DNA of 63,241 nucleotides, counting the filler, from Perkinsus chesapeaki ATCC PRA-425 (taxonomy: Eukaryota; Protista; Perkinsozoa): the NCBI GenBank assembly GCA_013115145.1. It is 6 parts of 6 records of this genome, joined end to end, with 100 filler letters (N's around TTAATTAATTAA, not from the genome) between each part and the next. Parts side by side here need not be neighbours in the genome. Positions count along the whole stretch, not along the records: positions 37,910 to 53,704 come from JAAPAO010000720.1; 5 more parts are not named here. One strand, 5' to 3'. Below, piece by piece: positions 38,928 through 50,928 of this stretch. Numbering within the stretch: the first letter of the stretch is position 1; each line of letters begins with the position of its first letter. Made by a program: the position numbers and the translations under genes. The notes beneath the pieces are model-generated. The model saw only the letters and a program-made list of their open reading frames with translations, was not told the DNA's origin and did not search any database.

Positions 38928-41102
38928 TTAAAGTTGGCCAGATAAAAAATGCTCTATGATAAGCTTCATCCCCATGGGGACGTTGTTAATCAGCAAATGT
39001 CCTCCATTTGACATCTGAAATAAAACGTCGCCTCAATATCCAAGTTAGATTCAAAGCGATGGTGTATACCGCAGAACCCGAATAAGTAACTGTTTCCACG
39101 AGACAATACAGTGCTTGCTGCTGTACCTTAATGAAGGCTAATCGTGCTCCGTTTGTAAACTCAGCAGATTTGATTGTTCCCACGGGACCAACATCAGGGA
39201 ACTGACGGAACAATGATAACAACAGCAATGTCACGACAAGCAGCTCACCTGCAGCTTTGCTTCAGGAGCTTTATTTAATCCATCACCGTAGGCCTTCGCT
39301 CCATGGAGCATAGTCATCCAACCCAGTGTGCCAACAGCGTTAGTCAAATAATCATACTCACCAGCGACCATCAAAACCTAAAGTGATGCTGACACGATAT
39401 ACAGCGCTCACTCAGAATAACCCTACAATGCATGTTAACCATCTAAGAAGCAACTTGCAACATTACCCCTCTCTATGTATTTGCTGGGCAACTAAGGCTG
39501 CTAAGCTGGGCTATGGCTGCTGCTAGTAGAATCGCACGGTGCGACTGGTAAATTTCTAGTTCGACATCCGTGGAGAAGAAATGATAAGCGGAGCCATCAT
39601 GTGAATGTTTAGAACTATTCTAGTGATCTGATTTCGATTTCTACAAGGATGACAAAGTCTCACTTTCTTTCCAGCATCGAGTATCTTGGTCAGATGAAAT
39701 GTTGTATCATAAACAACATATTTGAGGAATGCTTCATGCACCTGAATTGATCGCAGGGATCAAGCTGCCAGCCACAATATTACTTGTGCATCTACGTCCT
39801 CCCATGTTTTGGATACTCCCAGGAAGGCTTGAACTTGTGGATTGTTAAGAAAGTCTCTCGGCTGTTGAACAACAATTTGGTTGAAGCGATCCCAAAAGCA
39901 CTCACGCTCTGGACGAAAAACTTGAAGAAGTGTGACTCAAGGCCGGGAATCGCACGAACATCAATTCTGACAGGACTATATGAAAGTGCTAAGGTTTTTA
40001 ACAAAGGAGCTCACGGGCTTATACTAGCTTTCATCATAGGATCATATGTTGCGCCATCGCAGGTAGCACGAGCACTTTCACACTGACCTGAACAAACAGC
40101 AGTGTATACGCGCAAAGATTCGCAGGCAAATATGCACGAAAACAGTCTGGCAGATGGAACTTCAAACTTACGGGGGTTAGGACTTCCTCCTGGGCCGTTC
40201 GAATTGCAGTCGGAAATTCCTTTGTGACAGGCGACCAATGCTTCGGTCACCTTCTTGGTGCTGAGAGGCCATGATGGATCTCCTCAATGCACATCCACTT
40301 TTTACTCGATCTGAAGATGCTCATCCTTGATCATCTGTGGGCGTCCGTCATACCTGACATCAAGTTAAGATATGAACCAGCCAAGCTGTCTTTCGGAAGA
40401 GCTCACAGTTGATGTGGTCCAATTATTCCACCCGAGTATATCATAACACCACTGAAATCAATTTGGATTTTATTTTTGATAATATCCATGCCCACCATGG
40501 CAGCATAAGTGGCTAAAAGGTACCATGTGCAATATTCCGCCGACGATGATATCTACCAGCAGCTGAAACTCCAACAAGATGCACATCTCGGTTTAGGTCT
40601 GGATACTTCTCGAAGAGGATCTTCATAAAGTTTACCCTGATTAGACTAGCTGAGAGAGTTGGCCAGGGTCTTATGCGGTCTCCTACATATTATCAATTGA
40701 CTCTTGGAGAGTCTGTTCGATGGGCCCTACACTAAAACCAGTCGAGCCTGGAGCATCTACCCAGATCCCGGTTGCTTTATCCGACCAGGAGTATCTGATA
40801 GCTGGCTGGCGTTACAGACTATAAATCTTTTACTCATTCTTGGTGGCCCCGCTTTGCGACGCCACACACGGTCCGTTGATAGACACTGCCGTACCAACAC
40901 TGCTGGCGCCAGGGCCTCCTGCTAGGTAGAGGAATACAGGAGAGCTCGTCGGGTTGACATCTGACTCGTATATGGTGTAAAAGTATCTATATAGCACCTC
41001 AGAGGTACCGTTGAGTTTGGTTGCTGGTTCACCTGTTGTTGTTGTTGCTAACTTGGATATATCCAAACTTCTTCGTGATGGCAGCAATATCACAAGGCTC
41101 AT
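38928..41102 (-). CDS. Serine carboxypeptidase (S10 family), multi-exon; start approximate
   Basis: YFYTIYESDVNPTSSPVFLYLAGGPGASSVGTAVSINGPC (S10 GGPG.SS motif), ILDAGKKV, and a terminal exon (FIK)MSNGGHLL carrying the catalytic His region, ending at TAA 38928. Confidence 0.85.
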
Positions 41103-41762
41103 TAGTGGCACCTGCTGATCCGAACTTCTTAAGACTCGCGCTCGCACCTAAGCAGCGATCGAAGAGTTAACCATTCGCCATACGGCGAGTTCAGACTCTA
41201 GACCCGAGAAGGTTCAGCTCCGACTTTGGGATTTCGAGGCTTATTTCTTACTGTTAAATATAGTGGTTGACGTATAGACTAGAAGCAGCACGGCAAGCAT
41301 CGACTGGGAGATGAGAGAATTATCAGAGAACTATAAAAAATCCATCGAGTAGATCGGTTTAATCACGCAAAAACCTTTCTGAGGGCAAGTATTACAAGGA
41401 AAATCCCCGTGGAAAACAAGGTGGTAAGCTACCACTGGTAACACTTTGAGCTTTGTAGAACGCGTACTTCTACAATCGTGAGTACATAAGTTGCCTCTCT
41501 GAGCAGATTCAGCTCGAATAGGTACGAGTACGGCAAGTGAGCGAGTAACGTTCAATCGAGCGACGAAATTCCGTGGTATAATCGATCACGCTGACGCGCT
41601 CCGAGCAGTGCGCGAAGTAGATTTCCCACCAGAAATAGACAAACTGCAGTATTGGTTTCTAGATCAACGACAGAGCAGTGCTACGAAGCACTATTAATGA
41701 GATATTGCAGCGTAGAAAAGCTATAGTAAAGCTTCTAATCGATACACACGACATTAAAAGAA

Positions 41763-44700
41763 TTACTTTTGAACTAGTAGCTCATGTCCCATAATCGCCA
41801 GTTTAAGATTGAACCGGTACGCTTCAGACAGCCGTGGGCTCAACGACATCACTTTCAACAAGCCGCATAAGGTCAAGACCAAAGCAGTAGCTCTTTCTTT
41901 CTCATGAAAGGCTTGCTGCCTGTCATCCGCACAACCCGAATCTGACATCATTGTCGCCGTCTGTCGACTCATAGACCGTTTGATCGATGCCGCAGCTTCC
42001 GACTTCGGGAAAGCGACACGAGTACTGCAGGGGTCTGATATAAGCAAAATGCGCTCTGAAACGACAGGAAAGCCTATATAAGCAATGCGCCCTTTCAGTG
42101 GGCGCTATGTCGCGAGCCGAATCGATTCAGATGAACACGAATGGAAGAGTACACGAGCAGCGACCCCCGGGGCAAACCGGAATCAGCTATTATGATATTT
42201 TAGAAATTTATCAGGCCTATAAAGGAAGATCTAATGGAAACCAGCATTTGCTGTCCTCAGCGAACAGGTTGGGAAGAAGCTGAGGCTGTTCCGCGTAGGC
42301 GCTGGAGCACCTGACGCGGGCACTACATAGAATTTGTTGGCACTGGGCGACGTAAGATCTCAGACCTTCTACTTCTGCCTTTCAGTTAGAGAACTGACGG
42401 AAGTATGCGATGTTGCCGTTACAGAGCCATCGCATATGAAATTGAGGACTCAAGTCGACATCAGGAACTTGCCAAATGATTAAACATCTTCATGCTTCAT
42501 CTTTTTCATGACGTCTTGCTATTCGTAACCTTCTCAAAGTCTTGCAGACCGTGGCTGATGCCAAGCATAACGGCAGAAGCCTAAGCCGAGAAATGTCCTA
42601 TGCCGGATGGACCCCATACCTGAGCCGCCTGCGAGTGAAGAGATTGATTATGCGTTGAAGGGGATTCCGCAAATTCCTTTGCTGTGTCGAAGTGTGATGA
42701 AGCTGTGTCGTGATCTCCGGCCCTACTCGCTATCTGAGAAAAACTCATAGTCATCAGAAGGTTTCGCAGGGAGATTTGTTCGAGTTGAGTCTTTCCACCG
42801 AACGGTGAATCTCGGTGGACTCAATCTTACCTTGCCAAGCTCATGATGAACAGTAACGCCGGTCAAGATATCATCGCTGTTACCCGTGCTAGATTCGAGA
42901 AAGGTTGATGGATGCTCGTCACCTACGAAGATCGACAGTATTCACGGTCAGGCTACGATTTCCGCGCTACGCATTATGCAGCTCGCAAGATGCAGTACAT
43001 AGGCCGAAGGAAACCCTCACGTTCGGGAAAGTGAACACCTCTATAAACAGTAAAACCTCTCTATTGTTAAGCACGCGAAAGAGAGTGGAAAAGTTTTGTG
43101 AGAACCATTTTTTGCGTAGTACTGACCAATATAACTCTACAACTAACAGGTGGCACGACAGTGAGTAAGTGAGGCGAATGTCGCATGACTCATGTGACAG
43201 AATAGTGCTCTAAAAGCACAGAGAGGAAAAATGTAGCCATGAAGAGTTTTAGGACTTTACAACAGCCTAAAATCTACCTTAGATATTAGTGCAAACTCCG
43301 CACTGCGAAGTGTTATTTCAGATGTCAAATGGAGGACATTTGCTGGTTAACAACTTCCCCGTGGGGATGAAGCTTATCATAGAGCATTTTTTATCTGGCC
43401 TATGCATACGGCGTTTACCTTCTTCGATTTGAGAGGATAAGACGGACTCGCCCACTGAGCGCATGTTCCTCTCTTCAGCAGCAGCAGCCGAGTAACTACT
43501 GCCTCGATTCTGCTGCAGGAAAGCAAATGCTGTTCTGCAGGAGGCCAAAGACTTACGAGGCTTTCCTGTATCCTCAGGTGGTACTCCATGCAGATTCTGG
43601 AGGTTTCAGAGTCCCTGAAGATCTCTATGTGAAATTTTACAAAGTGCTGAATGCGATGCATTCCGGTAAAGCGAGGGCAGACCATCTCCATGCCAGAAAC
43701 GGTGACGTTAATTTCGTGACAAGAATGGCGATATGAATAATTGCCGGCCTTCAGTTGACGGTGACAGGATTTTAGGAGTCATTCATCTGAATCCTGAGAT
43801 TTCTCAGCATGAAAAGCTTCCATTCAAAGCCGTACTATCCAAGACTTGGATTCCAGGTGCGGGGCACCGTGAAGCCCTTCCTTAACACTTCTGGGAGACT
43901 ATACCAATGATATGATATAACTATGGTATAATACCACAATGCATTTCTTATTTCAATGCTGCATCGATACTGGGTATATCCAAGGGAGATATCCTACTGC
44001 GCAGCGTAGCCTACGCTGCGTAGTGTGCACGCAATGTTATCCGACCGATCTGAGAGACCTCCTCAAAAACTCACCCGAGCTTCGAACTGACCATCCCGAC
44101 GTTGCCGAGCGTCATGCATTGCGCACTTTTGCTGCCGAGCCTCGACGCCAAGGAAACGCTTTCGGCGTGGTGCGATAATGAGGCTTCGAGCTGACAGAAT
44201 TATGGATCCAAAAACGCCTAGTCCGAATTGTGCAATACGAAACAGGCGTATGACGTAAGCCTTACTGCACGTTGCAACACAGTTCATCACACGGAGAGCA
44301 GATCTGGGAAACCAAATGCATGGGATATGCAACTCGCTTATCAAAGATAGGAGCTGCCGGTGAGCGACGCCTACATTTCCGAGACGTTCGTAGACGATCC
44401 CCAAATTCACATGAGCGATGAGCCTCTCGAGAGTATCTCGGGCAAGTTCTAGAGCTCGGCCATGAAACTGAGTAAAACCGTGATAGCCTCGAAGACGACG
44501 AATCGCACTTCAAGCGCGCTTGTGTAGTCCCCTAGAGCAGTGGAATCGATGCCGAGACTATTGCAGCAGGCTATCTGGGCTGGTAAATCTTGGCAGGCTA
44601 TCGCCAATTCGAGCGCTTCCGAGTAACTGAAGACGAATGTTAGCTTCAAGCACTCACAATTTCGACTCGATTCGCAGAAGAATTTATTGAATCATTGGAA

Positions 44701-44790
44701 TCCAAGCCAACTTTTTGTCTGTCGACGAGAGACAAGAAGAGCCTTCCTTTGAAAACGGTACCGGCGGTGATGACCAAGCTGATGCATTAA
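41763..44790 (-). CDS. TPR-repeat-containing protein (multi-exon; limits uncertain)
   Basis: TPR-like exons YSEALELAIACQDLPAQIACCNSLGIDSTALGDYTSALE / FHGRALELARDTLERLIAHVNLGIVYERLGN, plus further coding-like exons towards 41763. Confidence 0.5.
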
Positions 44791-45420
44791 TAACGCATCA
44801 TGCATCGGCCATAATGCAGCATTATGCGAATCGAGCAAGCAGAATCAGGTCACCAGATAGTATGTGGATTCCAGTGATTTAATTAGCTGAGTAAATTAAA
44901 GTGCTATCTTTTCTCTTTACTCCGTGAAATAAAATATACATCATTTCAAGGAAGTCTCTTTACATGACATTGGAAGGCAGTTACGGAGGAACTTGACAGG
45001 AGAATGAGGGGGCTTACGCGGCTAGTGCTCGCTTGAATTGCCCAGCATTGTCAAGTATGACCCCCATCCTGTAGAGAAGTTCACATGCTCTTGCTGGGCG
45101 ACCGGCTCGAATACTAGAACTGGCTAGAAGCCGTAAGTCGGATACCTATGAACGAGAGCATGATTCGGATGTGCTCTTCAAAAACCGAGTTAGGTTTGCT
45201 TCGAGACTCTCGAATCGAGAGTATCAAAGATGGAGTCGATACGAGTAGAGAGCAGATAATGGAGTATAATATAGTCTATGATATCATATCGTCCGGCTTC
45301 GGCGTACGAAACGGCGGGGTTATGCAATTCTCTTCCTAATAGAGTGCTTTATGCCGCAGCAGAAGAACGAGATAGTTGTGTATTCACTCGCGTCAGCTAA
45401 AGCTATCTTAACATGTTTCA

Positions 45421-45668
45421 GGGAGCCTCAACGCTTCATTGAGTCGTNNNNNNNNNNNNNNNNNNNNNNNNNNNNNNNNNNNNNNNNNNNNNNNNNNNNN
45501 NNNNNNNNNNNNNNNNNNNNNNNNNNNNNNNNNNNNNNNNNNNCCTAGTAGGGAGCCTCTGGGAGCCTCAACGCTTCATTGAGCCGTGTAGGGAGCCTCT
45601 GGGAGCCTCAACGCTTCATTGAGCCGTGTAGGGAGCCTCTGGGAGCCTCAACGCTTCATTCCAGCCGT
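45421..45668. repeat. 40-bp tandem repeat array spanning a 96-N gap
   Basis: Unit GTAGGGAGCCTCTGGGAGCCTCAACGCTTCATTGAGCCGT at 45548-45587, 45588-45627 and partially at 45628-45668; a partial unit at 45421-45447 precedes the gap (45448-45543). Confidence 0.92.
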
Positions 45669-47339
45669 GATGATGTCAGTAGTCCGCTACTTTCCTATTA
45701 GCTTAGTGAAATATATCACACATTGACACCAACGATTTGACATAATACAAGAGAGTCTCCACTTCGTACACCTACCTGGCCACGCTTTGGCATGTTTTTC
45801 GTTCGGCCGGCAATGTCGCGCTGAGCGGCCCGACGGATTCTATGAACATATACACCACTTCGAACCTGAGTATAGTAATACACTTAATGATGTGCCCTCC
45901 AGATCAGTCAACCAATTCTGACTCACAGAAGAGGCCGCCATTGTGAACGGATCAGTGACTTGTTCGCCAGAGATGAACTTTTCTCGCTCCATTTCGGGTG
46001 TACAAGAAGTCCCGCCGCCTGAGGAGCGCGTGGCTTTTTAACAATAAAGCTTTGTTCCCACTTGTGCCGTCTGGTGATGGACTTCTGCTATGACCGAGTC
46101 TCATTGATCGCCGCTTTACCCGCAGTGGAGTATCTGCCGTAGACAACACAAAGTTCTGTCCCCATCTGCCATATCGACGAAAGGATATGACTTCTACTTA
46201 CTGTAGTGAGACGGAGTCATAACTCGTGGGCAGGTTGCTATTGAGCAATCGAAAGAGATCTTTTCACCTACTCGTGAGTCAACTCATGTGTGTGCCGGTT
46301 TGGACGTACCAAGTTTGCAGTTTTCGCTTTGTTCCAGGAACGAATACAATTCGGCGCTGGCGAGCGACTTGTGCTTTACTCTGAAGAGAGCACATCGGCA
46401 GGTTTCCAAATCAATGGTTAGTTTAGCAGAACGAGCTATGCACAGAATCTGTACAGACCTGCCCCAGAGGAGCCTCTATATACTATACCACACTGCTAAG
46501 TACAGCGGCACGATGACTGCAGTCTGGTAGAGCGCATTGTGCATTACTGCTCATGCCAGTATAGTCGAGAGCTTACTGTAGGGGTGTACACGAAGACTTG
46601 AAACTACCAGCTTGGTATCAAGTTAGCGAACACCTCTCAGAATCCGAAAATAGAATTAATCGAAGAAAACGGAAATTAATCCATCGGTCACTGCGAAATC
46701 GTCACGTCATGCGCAAGGTCCCTACTCGCTTGTCATTATCCACAGAAATTGATTAAATTAAACTGAAATCAATGTATTATCCAGAACTGCTAGGTAGGCG
46801 GTATGGCAGCACCCCAGTGGAACTCAGTAGTTGGAGGGCTGCCTGGCTCTAGACGCTGCAGGCCGGTTAAGCCTGCAATTGTCAGAGCCACGATCGCCGG
46901 ATGAACGCAGTCGTGGAAGTCGCGGTAGGCTAGTTCCGGTATAAAATATAGGCTAAACCTGTCGGATTTAATCCGAGTCTGCCTAAAACGGTCCATCAGG
47001 TGAAAATCAGCCACCTTGAAACTCCGCGATGAACTACACCGTGGATACGTTAGGTTCTACCGGATAGATGTATCACTCACAGAGACGTACGTGGCGTATT
47101 TCTGATATCTGTTATCTTTACAATGCGCGTAGGATACACTACGGTCGGAAGTGTATGTGTGTGTGAGGGTGGCTCTGTCCCAATCTTTAACAACGCAATC
47201 TTGTAAGGTAAAGGAAAGTCAATCATGGCATGTCGATCGAGTCGGCAATCTGCTTAGCCTGCCATAAGAAACTCACTACTGACAGCACTTTAGAAAAATG
47301 GCGGAATTCCGTAGGGAAATACGCAAAAACCAACAAGGA

Positions 47340-49500
47340 CAAATCATCGTGGACGAAATGAGGGGCTTCTTGCCAGCAAACCGGTCCAAGTGTTACCCGC
47401 AGAATCCATCGCAGCGTAAGGAACAAACTCGCGGCGCATCCCACAAAAGCGTCAGCTCACCTGCGCCGGTGGGAAGAGCAGGCCGGGATTCGACCGGCAC
47501 ACATTTATCAGATCCTGAAGACGCAACTTTTGCTCACGCGCCGCATTAGGCCCAGCTGCGGTGAACACTGCCCGAAGACGTCTCTCGAGCTGCGGCATTT
47601 TAGGGCCTGAGGATGAGTTAGCGAACACCTCGTTGACTCTTGAGCGCCCTTGAAGTGCAGGTTGCAGTCTGGAATCCAGACTGTTTCAAATACCATATTA
47701 GCGATTATATTAATCGTAGCTTATCGTATATTAATCATATTAAGCGTAATATTAATATTAACGTTAGAACAATATTAAAGTTAGAACATAATTCAGTTAG
47801 CATTATTGATCGATAATATGTAAACAAGATGGAATCGTCAGATGTTATAATCGATAATATCTTTCTTAATAATTGTTGATAGTATCTTATGTTCGTCGTA
47901 TCAGATACATATATGTAAGGCCCACGCACATTTATCATTAGTATTTGCCAATTGGTAAGGACTCACCGTGAGAACCGGCCAGGTTAGCTCTGATTATCTT
48001 AACAAGTTCTTCCTTGTCGATATATCCGGAACCATCTTCATCAAAAAGCATGAAAGCAAACTTCACTTTGTCGATTCTGAGATTGTAAGGTCATGAAAAG
48101 CCTCCAAGAAAGTCTGCACTCATCCGTATTCAACGAGTTCAGCTACGGCTTGCAGCCACAGTGCGGCCGTAAGCCACAGCGTGCATCCCTTCAGGATGTT
48201 ACGTTATCCTGTCATCGTATAGGTAAGCCACAGCATCTTGTCAGGGCGCTTTACGCTACTCCAGATCGCGCTCTCAAATTCAGCTGGTGAACTCATTACT
48301 TTGGACAGACTCACCCCGTAATATCGGTGAAATTGCATATCCCTATTAGAAATTCCCGGACATCCACCGATCCACTTTGGTCAGTATCGATGATCTTGAA
48401 TATGCCCTCCATCTGCGCACTGCCATCGCGTTCGAGAATCTAATGTCAGGGATATCGCATAAGCCTGCGAGAGCTGCGCCCGAAAACATCTCGGACTTTA
48501 TATCGGTCCGTGATTCGCGGAGCTGACAGAGCTGTCCATTTCTATCTAGCTTGAGTAAGCATTTCAAATTTATGCAAAATTCCTCAAAGTTTAAGAACCG
48601 CTTGAACGTAGAGCTGATTCGACCCCCCCCGCCTACCTGGCAGAACTGAGCATAGTCTATTTCACCTGTTCAATGCTTATCAACTGCCCTAAATCGTTTA
48701 AACAAGCGTTGTACATAATCACTCCTCAAGGAGCCGCCGTTCTCCATGGCAAGTTCTCGAACCTGTAACGACTTGTCCGTGCTAGGTCATACTACGACTA
48801 CGTATGTTGTAGTAAAATAGAAGTGGCAACTTCCAACATTACCACCACAGTGCAATCATAGTAGTTGCAACATCTCCTGAGATATTCCTACAAATACCAT
48901 ATATTCATATCACCGTCAATCCCTGGTGAATCACCCCAGCAAATTACTCGGAGAGATGATGAATCCCCCTCCAAGGAGTCTTACAAATTCTGCTGTTGCT
49001 CGATCGAATCGTCCACTCAATTCTTCCATCGCGACCAGACTCGCCCGTCGACCTCTGTACCCCCCCTCCGCATCCTCCATGCCCGACATCGCAGCCGGTG
49101 GAGCAACTGCGGTTTTGGAGTGCAACTCGGCAGGAAAGCTCGTCGGCCGACTGGTTGCCTTTTTGACGTTCGGCTTTCCATTGTCCTGCGAAGATCACAC
49201 CGTGACACGGCACGCCAATGTTCACGTTGTAATTAGCCATGCTATAGTAATTCGAGTAAGAATTGGTTCGACCTTTGTCGCGTTTTTGGTTTGCCCCTTT
49301 TTGCCCTCGAACGCTGTTGCCACGGCGGCCTTGTTTTCGACTTGTTGTCTGTGATAACTCCTAGCCAATTCCTCCTTGCGATTCTGTTCCGCCAGTAATC
49401 TACATTATACGTCACGCCAGTCGCTTCGAACTCAATTCACTTCGATGCCTCTTTAGTTATCATGTTTTCGGGATCGCATAGCGCTCGCATGAACTCGATC
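47340..49500 (-). CDS. EF-hand calcium-binding protein (calcineurin B/CHP-like C-terminus), multi-exon; limits uncertain
   Basis: Exon RIDKVKFAFMLFDEDGSGYIDKEELVKIIRANL (~47985-48080) has a canonical EF loop; a downstream exon reads PQLERRLRAVF; N-terminal exons are charged. Confidence 0.6.
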
Positions 49501-50928
49501 TTCGAAACTCGCCCGTATCCGGTAGAGTCCAGCATACGTATCTGATGTAGCTACGCTCTTCATACAAATGTATACAGCTGATGACATGTAGGAGAATTGC
49601 TTGAAATCGTAGTTTCACATCACGCCGGTGAGCGGGGTACCGCTATGACAAAGCGTGCGGTAGGTATCATACCGAAGCTCATACGTTTGACATGGTTCAG
49701 CTGCATAAAGCTTGCGGTCTACTCGAAAGCTCAGAGCTTTACCGATTGGTACCGTGCCATGCTAGATACCGACTAAATTAAAGTGTTAGTACGCTTATTT
49801 TCAAAGGTTTTTTCCTTGCTTTTTTCGTAGTGTAAAATGCCAGTCTGCACTTCTAGTCCGACTTCCATGTATAGCAAGCTCTATACCAACCAAGGTAGCT
49901 TAACCATCGGAGTGGCCTTATCGTGACCACTTGCACTGCTTAATTAGAATTCATGGGCAATTACCAATCATTCGTTATTAGTGCTGGCAAACCACGGAGA
50001 TTCATCTCAAGCAGCTCACCATCTCCAAGATCTCCTCATCTTTCACACTCTGGCTCCGTCCGCATATCCTCGCCAAAGCTGCCCGAATCTCCTCAGCATC
50101 GATGTAACCGTTCACATCCAAGTCGACCTACGCAAATGAGTTCAACCAGATCTGTTACGGAAACGACCTGATTGAAAGCATCTTCGCAGTCATCGACAGA
50201 AAAATCGCCGACGCCACATCTCCTCTGCGAGGAACGGAGTGAGTTTGTGAGGGCGAGGGCTTCGACGTCGTCTTGAAACGACGCATCGGGAAGCTCTGCT
50301 GTACCAGCTGCTCTCGCGGCTAGAGCGGCTGAGAAATTCCGAACGAAAATACTGTAAGCATTTCCTGGACATACGCTTATATATCACTAGCTACACAATA
50401 ACTGACCCCTTTCCTAATCGTCCAGTTATTGCTATCGTTACGTATTACTAGTGTTGGGCATCTATTTCTAACTTTAAGGATACGCGGCGTATGATATGCC
50501 CAAGTAATATCAGATATTAGCGCACTATAGATGGCTGGTTCTATTTTGTAAAGGTAAGATGTTGTTAAGTTTGACTGGGATAAATCAGAATGATAAACAC
50601 ACTGTCAGGTTCAATAACGAACTGACATCGCCCGAAAAATCTCACCTTTGCGGCGAGATTCTGGGCCAATCCTCGCAGTATCTAAAATAGACAAAATAAT
50701 AAAAACGGAAGATCTCAGAAAAATTCGAAATTTTCAGCAGTTCCTTAAAGCTCTAGCCTATAATAATGCTACCAGTTGGTTTCAACGGTGGAGGTCTCAT
50801 CGGGTCGTTTTTTGTGTAGCTGGGGGAACTCGACCAAGAATGCGCTGATAATCGATTAGATGGGCGAGCGCGATAGATCTAAACGGCTTCGCTCCGCTAA
50901 GATCGATATTTCTCCCTGATGGAACGCG

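Noticed and set aside
45421-45668. 40-bp repeats as a CRISPR array
   Set aside because: Units are contiguous and identical with no unique spacers, there are no cas genes, and the context is eukaryotic.
47700-47940. AT-rich low-complexity tracts in long introns (also ~3120-3170, 11190-11260 and 17060-17140)
   Set aside because: Ordinary intronic low-complexity sequence with no defined unit or structure.
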